Shown here one piece after another: positions 15,610 through 24,200 of a stretch of DNA of 26,026 bases; within the stretch, counting starts at the first letter, position 1; the number at the start of each line of letters is the position of its first letter. The notes under the pieces are model-generated. The model searched no databases and was not told where the DNA came from. It saw only the letters and a program-made list of their open reading frames with translations. A program made the translations under genes and the position numbers. The stretch is from Armatimonadota bacterium (lineage in GTDB: Bacteria; Armatimonadota; DASRZA01): positions 1-26,026 of the forward strand of contig DASRZA010000228.1 in the NCBI GenBank assembly GCA_035686845.1, in the 5' to 3' direction.

Positions 15610-17994
15610 ATGCGTCTGAGCAGAATTGTCCGGGACGCCGGACCGGCTGTGGTAATCCTTTTGGGTATTCTGGCAGCGCCACCTGCAGGCCGCGCAGCCG
15701 GCTCCGTGATTATTGGCAATTATCTCGTCACGGCGCCGGACGGGATTGCCTTCATCGTAGATGATGGGGCTGCGTTCGTGGTGGACACGGGTGGTCCCTA
15801 TGTGGCCGGGGCAGCGGCGGCGGATGGCTCGTATAACCGGCAGCAGTTCACGCTGAACGGGGCGCGCATTATGTTCGAGTGGGGCCGCGTTGGCAGCGCC
15901 GCCGTTGCCCGGCTCTCCAGCAATCAGCCGGTGCAACTACCGCTGCGTTTGAGCGCCGGTTGGCCCGGATGGACCAGCCACTTCACCGGCGCGTCGGATG
16001 GCGCTGCAGGCCAGGCGGAAGTCGCCGGGAAGACTGGCGCCGCTCAAATGGTGAAGTGGAGGCTTCTGACCAGTCCACCGCCGGTTCGATCCAGCGGCGC
16101 CGAGGTGGTGGTCTCGATTGCGCCGGGGATGCCAGTCCGGTTTGTCGCGGGAGTGGGACCGCTGCCTGACATTAGCCAGGTGGATCGGGTGCTGCGAGAG
16201 GCTGCGAAGCGCTACACGGCGCGCCGGCCCGTCGCTTCCGGCGACTGGGGAGACTTCGTGGGCGCCATCGCCGACAACGTCAACAACAGCCGCATCTACA
16301 GCTCCGACAACCATCGGCTGGCCCACTCTGTGAGCCGCGCCTGGGCCGGCGGCAACCCCAACAACGACCCGTACTTCTGCTGGGACAGTTTCTTCACGGC
16401 GAATCTGGCCTGCCTGGATGACCCGCAGACGGCCGAGAACACCGTTCGCGCCATCCTCTCTTACGAGACTCCGCAAGGGCTGGTTCCTAATTTTGCGCAC
16501 TGGCAGGCCGGGGCCAGCGATGACCGGTCTCAGCCGCCGGTGGGCGCCCTGTGCGTATGGAAGATGTACCAGCGCTGGCCGGACAAACGCTTCCTCGCCG
16601 AGGTCTACCCGAAGCTGGTGAAGTGGCATAACTGGTGGCCCGGCGCCCGAGATGGCAACCACAACGGCCTTCTGGAGTGGGGCAGCGCCACAGGCGTGTG
16701 GCAGAATGCCCAATACGAGACCGGCTGGGATGACAACCTTCATTTTTCCGGAACCCGGATGGTGGGATCACACATGGACGCGGATGCCGTAGATCTGAGC
16801 TCTCTCTGGTCGATGGACGCGGAATACCTGGCTGATCTTGCGGCTGCGCTTGGCCGCAAGGCCGATGCAAAGGCTTTTCAGGCCGAGCACAGGAAGATGA
16901 ACCAGCGCATCAATGACCTGCTCTGGAATGATAAGCTGGGACTCTACTGCAGCCGGCTCTGGAAATCGGCGACATTCGTACCGGTCAGCCCGGCCGCATT
17001 TGGCGCCGGCTTCGACGCCGTGTTCTACAGCGATGAGAACCTTCACAATCCGGTGGTCCGGCGGCATGATGGCGCCATCGACTTCGACTGGAATCAAGCC
17101 AGCCCGGCGCCTGGCGTAGCCGCCGTCCACTGGAGCGCCCGCTGGACGGGCGCGCTCACTCCGCCGGAATCGGGTACCTACCGGTTCACCACGATGGCCG
17201 ATGATGGCGTACGGCTTTATGTCGATGGCAAGCGGATCCTCGACGATTGGGTGGTGCATCCTGCCACCGAACGAACCGCGGAAGTAAAGCTCGTGGCCGG
17301 GCGGCCGGCGCCCGTGGTGGTTGAATATTTTCAGCACGAGGGCGGCGCGTCTCTCACGCTTTCGGTGGCAGTGGTGCAGGTTGGGAAGACTTCGGCGCCC
17401 TTCCTCACACGCATCACGCCGATGAACTTTTATCCTCTCATCGCCGGCGTTCCCGACGCGGCCAGGGCGAAGCGGGTGATGGCGGCGCTCACGGACCCGA
17501 AGAAGTTCTGGGGAACGTGGGTGCTCCCTACGCTGGCGTATGACGATCCGGATTACCATCAGCAGGAGTACTGGCGCGGGGATATCTGGGGCCCGGTGAA
17601 CTACCTGGTGTTCCAGGGGCTTCTGCGCTTCGCCACAGCCGCGGAGCAAAGCAGCTTTGCGGACAAGAGCGTGCGGCTCTTCATGCGCAACTGGACTCGA
17701 TCCGGGGTCTGCGGAGAGAATTATTTGAGCACCGATGGGACGCAGAACCACGATCCGCATTATACCTGGGGAGCGCTCCTGGACCTGGTCGGCATTGAGA
17801 GCATCTGCGACGCGGAGGAGGGCGGAATGGTACGGCTGAACGGCGTACAGACACGAACCATCACCATCCGTAATCTGCCCATCCACGGCCGGCGCTATGA
17901 AGTGCGCACACGGCCCGGTATCGCCCAGATCCTCCGAGACGGAAAGGTACTGCTGACGGCCAGAAATCGAGTGGTTATCGCCAGGCTTCGGTGA
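15610..17994 (+). CDS. Secreted GH63-like (alpha/alpha)6-barrel glycoside hydrolase (mannosylglycerate hydrolase/glucosidase-I-like) with an inserted PA14 domain
   Basis: ORF 15277..17994. The start is probably the ATG at 15610 (GAGAGATAGG RBS), which gives the signal peptide MRLSRIVRDAGPAVVILLGILAAPPAGRAAG. GH63-type motifs include PPVGALCVWKMYQRWPD, NGLLEW, ETGWDD, EYWRGDIWGPVNYLVFQGL and GENYLSTDGTQNHDPHYTWGALL. In between lies a PA14-like beta-sandwich: WSARWTGALTPPESGTYRFTTMADDGVRLYVDGKRILDDW. Confidence 0.6.
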   Translation: MRLSRIVRDAGPAVVILLGILAAPPAGRAAGSVIIGNYLVTAPDGIAFIVDDGAAFVVDTGGPYVAGAAAADGSYNRQQFTLNGARIMFEWGRVGSAAVARLSSNQPVQLPLRLSAGWPGWTSHFTGASDGAAGQAEVAGKTGAAQMVKWRLLTSPPPVRSSGAEVVVSIAPGMPVRFVAGVGPLPDISQVDRVLREAAKRYTARRPVASGDWGDFVGAIADNVNNSRIYSSDNHRLAHSVSRAWAGGNPNNDPYFCWDSFFTANLACLDDPQTAENTVRAILSYETPQGLVPNFAHWQAGASDDRSQPPVGALCVWKMYQRWPDKRFLAEVYPKLVKWHNWWPGARDGNHNGLLEWGSATGVWQNAQYETGWDDNLHFSGTRMVGSHMDADAVDLSSLWSMDAEYLADLAAALGRKADAKAFQAEHRKMNQRINDLLWNDKLGLYCSRLWKSATFVPVSPAAFGAGFDAVFYSDENLHNPVVRRHDGAIDFDWNQASPAPGVAAVHWSARWTGALTPPESGTYRFTTMADDGVRLYVDGKRILDDWVVHPATERTAEVKLVAGRPAPVVVEYFQHEGGASLTLSVAVVQVGKTSAPFLTRITPMNFYPLIAGVPDAARAKRVMAALTDPKKFWGTWVLPTLAYDDPDYHQQEYWRGDIWGPVNYLVFQGLLRFATAAEQSSFADKSVRLFMRNWTRSGVCGENYLSTDGTQNHDPHYTWGALLDLVGIESICDAEEGGMVRLNGVQTRTITIRNLPIHGRRYEVRTRPGIAQILRDGKVLLTARNRVVIARLR

Positions 17995-18141
17995 GTGTGT
18001 GGGAGTGTGGGTGTGTCGGAGAGTGAGTGTGTGGGAGTGAGTGTGTGGGAGTGTGTGGGTGTGTCGGAGAGTGAGTGTGTGGGAGTGTGGGTGTGGGAGT
18101 GTGTGGGTGTGTGGGAGGGTGAGTGTGTGGGTGTGTGGGAG
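17992..18141. repeat. GT-rich tandem repeat array (about 48-bp higher-order units made of GTGTGGGAGTG sub-repeats). It begins at the stop codon of the upstream gene and has G-quadruplex and Z-DNA potential.
   Basis: GTGTGTCGGAGAGTGAGTGTGTGGGAGTG... is repeated at 18011 and 18059. There are many GGG runs spaced 5-7 nt apart. The TGA stop at 17992..17994 is part of the first GGTGAGTGTGTG unit. Confidence 0.75.
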
Positions 18142-18246
18142 ACGGGGGAGGATACACGCGGCGTGGGGCGCGGGGACTGTAACTGGCGTGTTAGCGCACA
18201 ACCGGTTGTTCGTCCGCACGCCGATACAACACCGGTTGAAACCGGT

Positions 18247-18338
18247 CTCTGCACGCGCCAAACCCTCCTGCGAGTTGTCGATACGCTCAAAGTCGAGTTT
18301 CGTAATCCCGCTCTGCACGCGCCAAACCCTCCTGCGAG
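18247..18338. repeat. Pair of identical 28-bp direct repeats (CTCTGCACGCGCCAAACCCTCCTGCGAG) separated by a 36-bp unique spacer. CRISPR-like geometry, but no cas genes.
   Basis: Repeat 1 at 18247..18274, repeat 2 at 18311..18338, spacer TTGTCGATACGCTCAAAGTCGAGTTTCGTAATCCCG. A weak degenerate similarity upstream (about 18213..18240) may be a decayed third repeat. Confidence 0.3.
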
Positions 18339-18895
18339 GGTTCAAAAACATACACCTTCCGTTCATAAGTCCTCTCTTAACGCAATCTCCGCGGTTCTTT
18401 GTGGACCTTGGCGTCTCGGTGGCGAGTCTTTCCTTCGTCCTCCGTCCTCTTTAACCATGCAGGGTTTGCACGTTTCTGCGGCGAAACAGGGTCTCATGCC
18501 GGGTCATCATCCAATCTCACCACTTGAACTCGTGGATCGTTCCGAACGGCGGCCTCCGGAGAGGGCCCCGTCCCGGTCTGGAGCATAACTTCATGGAGAC
18601 ACTTCACGATGCTCTGAAACCGCGAAAATCCGTCTTCGATCGGTCTAAAACCGATACGGTCTCGAAGCTCTCGGAGATCGACTCCGTCGATTCCGAAATC
18701 TGCGGCCGCGGGTCCTCGGGGAGTGCGGCTACAGCCCGGGTCCCCCGAGGATAGTGCGGCTGGTCGCCTTCAACGGCGGATCGGAGCATACGCCGAACGG
18801 GCTCTGGGGTTATATAGCGGAGAAGCTGGGTAAGGCGGAAGCGCTCTCAGACGCTGTCGCTGTTCGAATAGAGCGCGAATGGAGATAACTTCGGC

Positions 18896-20065
18896 ATGAT
18901 TCACGACCTGGCGCCGGTGAACGGGAATGGAGCGTTCGATGATCTTCACGCGGGCATCGCTTCGCTTTTGGATGAGGCACGACGCCAGGCCGCGCGAACC
19001 ATTAACGCTATTCTCACCGCGACGTACTGGGAGATCGGCAGGCGTCTGGTCGAGTTCGAGCAGGGGGGAGAGGAGCGTGCCGGCTATGGGGAGCGCGTAA
19101 TTGCACGTCTTTCGGGCGAGCTCACCGCGCGGTTTGGCCGTGGATTCGGGCAGCGTAATCTGGAACAGATGCGCCAGTTTTACCTGGCGTGGCCGATTCG
19201 CCAGATGCCATCTGGCGAATCCAGCACGCTCATGCAGATTCCGCAGACACTGTCTGCGGAATCTTTGGTGACCCAGCCGGGTGATATGATCGCGTACCTG
19301 AGCGCTCTGGCCGCGGCTTTCCCTCTCTCCTGGTCGCACTACGTGCGACTCCTCTCGTTGCGGGACGAGCACGCCCGCCGTTTCTATGAAGAGGAGGCGC
19401 GCCGCGGCGGCTGGTCACTGCGCCAATTGAACCGACAGATCAATTCGATGTTTTATGAGCGCACGGCCCTTTCCAGAAACAAAGCTGCCATGTTGACAAA
19501 GGGCGCGCCGGCGAAGCCGGAAGACGCCATGACGCCGGAGGAGGAGATCAAGAACCCGTACGTGCTGGAGTTCCTGGGCCTCAGAGATGAGTACTCCGAG
19601 GCTGAGTTGGAGGAGGCGCTTATTCAGCATCTGGAGAGTTTCCTTCTGGAGCTGGGCAGCGATTTCACCTTCGTCGCCCGGCAAAAGCGCATCCGGGTCG
19701 GCGACGACTGGTACCGGATGGACCTGCTCTTCTTCCACCGGCGCTTGCGGTGCCTGGTAATCATTGATCTGAAGACCGGGAAGCTGGATCATGCCGACGT
19801 CGGGCAGATGAACCTTTACGTCAACTACGCTTTCGAGCACCTGACTCTGCCGGAGGAGAACCCACCTGTAGGACTGATCCTCTGCTCCGAGCCGAATGTG
19901 GCCGTGGCGCACTACGCCATGAACCGGCTGATCAACACCGTCCTCGCGGCTGAGTATCGCACGGTGCTGCCGGATCCGGCGCAGTTAGAGGCTGAACTGG
20001 CCGCCACACGCCGGCTGCTGGAATCCCCCGGGCGGCATCCGGCCGTGGAGGACGCTGCGGAATGA
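18896..20065 (+). CDS. DUF1016/YhcG-family PDDEXK nuclease domain protein
   Basis: The N-terminal domain is INAILTATYWEIGRRLVEFEQGGEERAGYGERVIARLSGELTARFGRGFGQRNLEQMRQFYLAWP, matching the conserved DUF1016_N pattern YWxIGRxIVExEQxGxxRAxYG...GFSxxNLxxMRQFY. The C-terminal core has PDDEXK-like residues: DLLFFHRRLRCLVIIDLKTGKLDHADVGQMNLYVNY. GGAGATAA RBS. Confidence 0.8.
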   Translation: MIHDLAPVNGNGAFDDLHAGIASLLDEARRQAARTINAILTATYWEIGRRLVEFEQGGEERAGYGERVIARLSGELTARFGRGFGQRNLEQMRQFYLAWPIRQMPSGESSTLMQIPQTLSAESLVTQPGDMIAYLSALAAAFPLSWSHYVRLLSLRDEHARRFYEEEARRGGWSLRQLNRQINSMFYERTALSRNKAAMLTKGAPAKPEDAMTPEEEIKNPYVLEFLGLRDEYSEAELEEALIQHLESFLLELGSDFTFVARQKRIRVGDDWYRMDLLFFHRRLRCLVIIDLKTGKLDHADVGQMNLYVNYAFEHLTLPEENPPVGLILCSEPNVAVAHYAMNRLINTVLAAEYRTVLPDPAQLEAELAATRRLLESPGRHPAVEDAAE

Positions 20066-20110
20066 CGAAGGCGACATCCTTCATTGAAGTCCAGTTTCCC
20101 GTCAGCAAGC

Positions 20111-20995
20111 TTAGCAATGGGAAGTGGCACGGACGAAAGCCGCTCGCTCGGGGATGTTGGCTGAGCTCCCTCGCTTTCGCAGCGCCTTGCGGCACTTGGG
20201 GTAGCTGTAACCCTTATCCAGATTCATGCTCCTGGGCCGCTTCTTCGGGCGGCCTCTGCCCCGACGAGGTACACGGATGGCGTCTACTGACATCTCCATG
20301 ACCGTGCTGTCGTTCCTGGTGCTCTTGCCCGGCAGTAGCGAGAGCGGTCGTCCCTTGCTGTCACAGCACACACTGATCTTGCTGGTCAGCCCTCCTCGGC
20401 TGTAGCCGAGCGCCTCTTTCCCAGACGCCTGAGCGTCCAGCACCACAGTAACCGTCAGCTTCCTGCTGTCTGTCTGCCCGTTAGGCTCCCCCTTTTTGCC
20501 ATCTCCGCGTCTGCCTTGGCAGGGGTGTGTCTGGCGCCGGCTGCGTCTGGATGCGCCTTGATGTAGCTGCCATCCAGCGCAGTGTCTTCCCAGCCCACCT
20601 CCCCGTGGCCGTCCCGCACCGCGATGATAGTGCCCAGCAGCTTCTTCCAGATCCCACGGCGCTCCCATCTGCGGAACCGGTCATGGCAGGTATGCCAGGA
20701 GCCGTATCGCTCCGGCCCTGGGGAACGCCATGCGGCGCCCCGCGACCCGGCCGCCGCTGCGCAGACCCCCGTTCGGGAGCAACGGGCCGCGCCGCGAGAC
20801 GCCGCGCGCGGGTGTGTTGTCATCGGGCCTTCCGGCGAAAACGGGGCGACTGGCGCCACCCAGCAGCATCTGGATGATGAGCTGGCGCTCGAGACATTGG
20901 CCGCGGTTTTCTCCCCTTACCACTTTCACCGGGTCTTCAGAGGGATGGTGGGGTATGGCATTCGTGTTGGGCGCCTCTACAACGTTCCGGGTCAA
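20111..20995 (-). mobile_element. IS5-family (IS427/IS1031-like) transposase remnant: orfA- and orfB-like segments in three frames, C-terminally truncated. An IS fragment, i.e. a pseudogene.
   Basis: ORF 20455..20859 encodes SRTGVCA...WRSPGPERYGSWHTCHDRFRRWERRGIWKKLLGTI...DGSYIKAHPDAAG, matching the IS427-group OrfA pattern ([37 protein letters not shown]...DGTVVRAHQHAAG). ORF 20111..20668 encodes GGLTSKISVCCDSKGRPLSLLPGKSTRNDSTVM...NLDKGYSYPKCRKALRKRGSSANIPER, matching the OrfB DDE region (GGLTTKIH..D..G.PL...LTGGQAHDS...ADKGYDSD..R..........IP). It ends before the C-terminal RYDK motif. A further upstream fragment lies in frame 20681..20995. Confidence 0.7.
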
Positions 20996-21140
20996 CAGGG
21001 CATGGGTTTTGCGTCGCGGTCGTTTGACGCTACGACCGGCGGATTTGCACCGGGTTCCGACGGGTATGGGGGACTGCGACGGGTCTGAAACTCGGTCGTC
21101 CCTTCAGGACTTCGGGGCCGGGTATCGCGCTGGCTTGACT

Positions 21141-21168
21141 CATCCTTCATCCTTCATCCTTCATCCTT
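21141..21168. repeat. (CATCCTT)x4 heptanucleotide tandem repeat immediately 3' of a TTGACT -35-like hexamer, about 70 bp upstream of the beta-helix protein gene
   Basis: Exact tetrameric heptamer at 21141..21168, with TTGACT at 21135..21140 and a C7 run at 21171..21177. Confidence 0.7.
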
Positions 21169-21235
21169 TCCCCCCCTTCTCCGCAGGGATTCGAATGCTC
21201 GCCATCGAAGGCGTTATCCGGGAGGAAATACCTCG

Positions 21236-24200
21236 ATGGCACGGATTATTGAAATGGCGATTGCAGGACTGCTCGTGGTTGGCCTGGCCTCGGCGGCCGC
21301 CGCCGCCCCTCTGACGCTGACGATCTCCCCGGCTGGCCGGGATACCTGGTCGGGTCGGCGGGCAGCGCCGAATGCGGCCCACACGGATGGTCCACTGGCG
21401 ACGGTGGCGGGCGCGCGGGACGCTATTCGCAAACTGAAGGCTGCCGGCGGTTTGCCGGTCGGGGGTGTGATGGTGGACATCCGCAAGGGCGTCTACGAAA
21501 TGTCCGGTCCGCTTTCGCTGACCGCGGAGGATTCGGGGACGGCCGCGGCGCCGGTCGTCTACCGGGCGCATCCGGGCGCCACTGTCCGGATCCTGGGCGG
21601 CAGGATGTTGAAAGAATGGCGGCCCGTTACGGACCGGGCGGTTCTGGATCGGTTGGACCCGGCCGCCCGCGCGCACGTCGTTCAGACCAACCTCCGGGCG
21701 CAGGGCATCACCGACTATGGCGTGATGAAGAGCGCCCCTAACTGGGGTGATTCCGAAGCCGGGCTGCAGCTTTTCTACAACGAACGCCCCATGACGCTGG
21801 CGCGGTGGCCGAATAAAGGTTTCGCTCCCATCATGGACGTAGCCGGCCCGACGCCCGTCAACGTGCGGGGGACGAAAGGCTGCAAGGAAGGCATGATCGT
21901 CTACCAGGGCAGCCGGCCGGATCGGTGGGTCGGCGAAAAGAATATTATGCTGGAAGGCTACTGGTTCTGGGATTGGGCCGACCAGCGCGAAAAAGTGGCC
22001 TCCATCGACACGACGAAGCATATCATCACGCTGGAGCCGCCCGATTCCTCCTTTGGATACCGTAAAGGCCAGTGGTTCTACGCCTACAACATCCTCTCTG
22101 AGCTGGATGAGCCGGGGGAATGGTATCTTGACCGGGATCGCGGCATCCTCTACTTCTGGCCGCCTTCTCCCATCGCCAGGGGGCAGGCGATGGTTTCGGT
22201 AATCCCCTCGCTCTTCAATCTGAACGGCGCCTCATTTGTGACCCTGCGAGGGCTGACTATGGAGGGTTTCCGGGACGCGGCTGTGACGGTGACCGGGGGC
22301 CAGGGCAATCACCTGATCGCCTGCGCGATTTGCAACGGCGGCGGATGGGGAGTACACGTGACTTCCAGCACGAGGAGCAGCGTGGAAGGCTGCGATATCT
22401 ACCAGATCGGAGATGGCGGGATCACGCTGGATGGCGGGGACCGCAAGACCCTCACGCCGGGCAATCTCGCGGCGGACAACAACTACATCCACGATTACAG
22501 CCAGTGGAATCCGGTGTATAAGCCCGGTATCACCCTCTCCGGTGACGGCAACCGGGCCACTCATAACCTGATTGACCGGGCGCCGCACATGGGGATCGGC
22601 TTCAGCGGCAACGATCAGGTGATTGAATACAACGAGATGCACAGCCTCTGCTGGCAGTCCAACGACGCCGGCGTCATCTATGCCGGTCGGGATTGGACCA
22701 TGCGAGGCAACCAGATCCGGTACAACTACATCCACCACGTCTACGGCTTCCAGGGCCGGGGCTGCGTGGGAATCTACCTGGACGACCAGTTCTCGTCGGC
22801 AGACCTCTATGGGAACGTGCTCTATCACGTGCCGACCGCGATCCTGATTGGCGGCGGCCGCGACAACACCATCGAGAACAGCGTTTTCGTGGACTGCGGG
22901 CGCGTGCTGGCGATCGATGCGCGGGGCCTGGGATGGGCAGCGCCCGGCGAGGCTGGACTGATGCGGAAGCTGAACGACATGCCCTACAAGACGCCACCCT
23001 GGAGCACTCGCTATCCCCAGCTCGTGAATATTCTGAACGAAGATCCCATGGCGCCCCGCGATATCAAGGTGCTGCACAACATCTGCTGGCACGGGCAGTG
23101 GGACGCCATGGAAGGAAAGGCCCGGCCGGCCGTGACGCTGCAGGACAACCTGGTGAACGAAGATCCCCGGTTTGTGGACGCGGCCCACGGCGACTTCCGG
23201 CTTCGCCCCGATTCGCCGGCGCTGAAGATGGGTTTCAAGCCGATCCCGTTCGATAAGATTGGCCTGTACAAGAGTCCAGACCGGGCGTCCTGGCCCGTTC
23301 ACAGCACGGTGATGCCGCCGCCGGCGACGGTACCGCCGGAGCGAGTGGGACTCCGGTATCAAAAGCCCGTTGTCGTACCATCCATCGCGGCGCCGGCAGA
23401 CCCCATGTCGCCGGCTAAGAACTGGGCTGCGCTGACGCTGAAGGAGACTCCTGACCGGACTCCCGCCGCCGGCGCCCCGTGCCAGGTACGGCTGGCTCAT
23501 TTCGGCGACACGCTCTACGTAACGCTGACGGCGCCGGTGAAAGACGCGGGAGCGCTCAAGACGGGCACGGTCTGGGGCGCCAACGATGGCGCGGAGGTCT
23601 GCTTTCAGGACCGCAGTGGGAAGAAGGCCGGTCCGATCTTCGTGCTGCATGGTTTTGCCGCCGGCGTCCTTCGCAGCGCCACCGACGCCGGCGCCCCGGA
23701 AGCAGCCGCCCGGCGGCTCGGCGCCGCGGTCCACTTCACCGCCCGGGTGGAAGGGAACCAGTGGATTGGGTCGTGGGTGATTCCGCTGCAGGCCGCCGGC
23801 ATCCAGGCCCGACCCGGCGCCCGGCTGGGGTTCAACGTCGGGGTCTTCCGATCCGAGAGTGACGAATGGCTGGAATGGGCCGGCACGACGTCGCAGACCT
23901 GGCGGCTGGACGGCGCGGGGATGATAACGCTCCAGGCCACGCGGTCTCGCCCCATCATCGGCGCCATTCGGTGGGACGCCTGGCATACGCCCTGGTCCCG
24001 GGTGGAAGCCGGCGCCAGCGATGGCCCGGTCCACGAAATGGAGATCTCACTCGGGCCCCGGCAGTATCACTACCGGCTGCCGTTCTTTGCAAAAGTCGTA
24101 TCCGATAACGAAGTCAGGATCGATGGCTATACGCAGAAGATCGTGGACCGCGAGATTGCCTACGCAAAGGCCGGTGGCCTGGACTATTGGGCGTTTCTCC

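Noticed and set aside
17988-18000. GGTGAGT resembles the eukaryotic 5' splice donor consensus
   Set aside because: The genes here are clearly bacterial: operon overlaps, SD sequences, aroB, mqn genes. The motif is part of a GT microsatellite, not an intron signal.
16768-18366. 532-aa minus-strand ORF, plus 17895..18290 and 17975..18157, encoding HTHTLPHTH-type repeats
   Set aside because: It lies antisense to the GH63-like gene, and its C-terminal part is just the translation of the CA-rich strand of the GT repeat array. There is no coding signal.
21186-21200. GGATTCGAATGC looked a little like a tRNA T-arm (GGTTCGAATCC)
   Set aside because: It does not match the consensus, and there is no flanking acceptor or anticodon stem structure. 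I found no tRNA or rRNA in the window.
22232-24034. 600-aa minus-strand ORF antisense to the large beta-helix protein gene
   Set aside because: It is Arg/Pro/Gly-rich, low-complexity, and fully embedded opposite a well-supported gene. This is the usual long antisense ORF of high-GC DNA.
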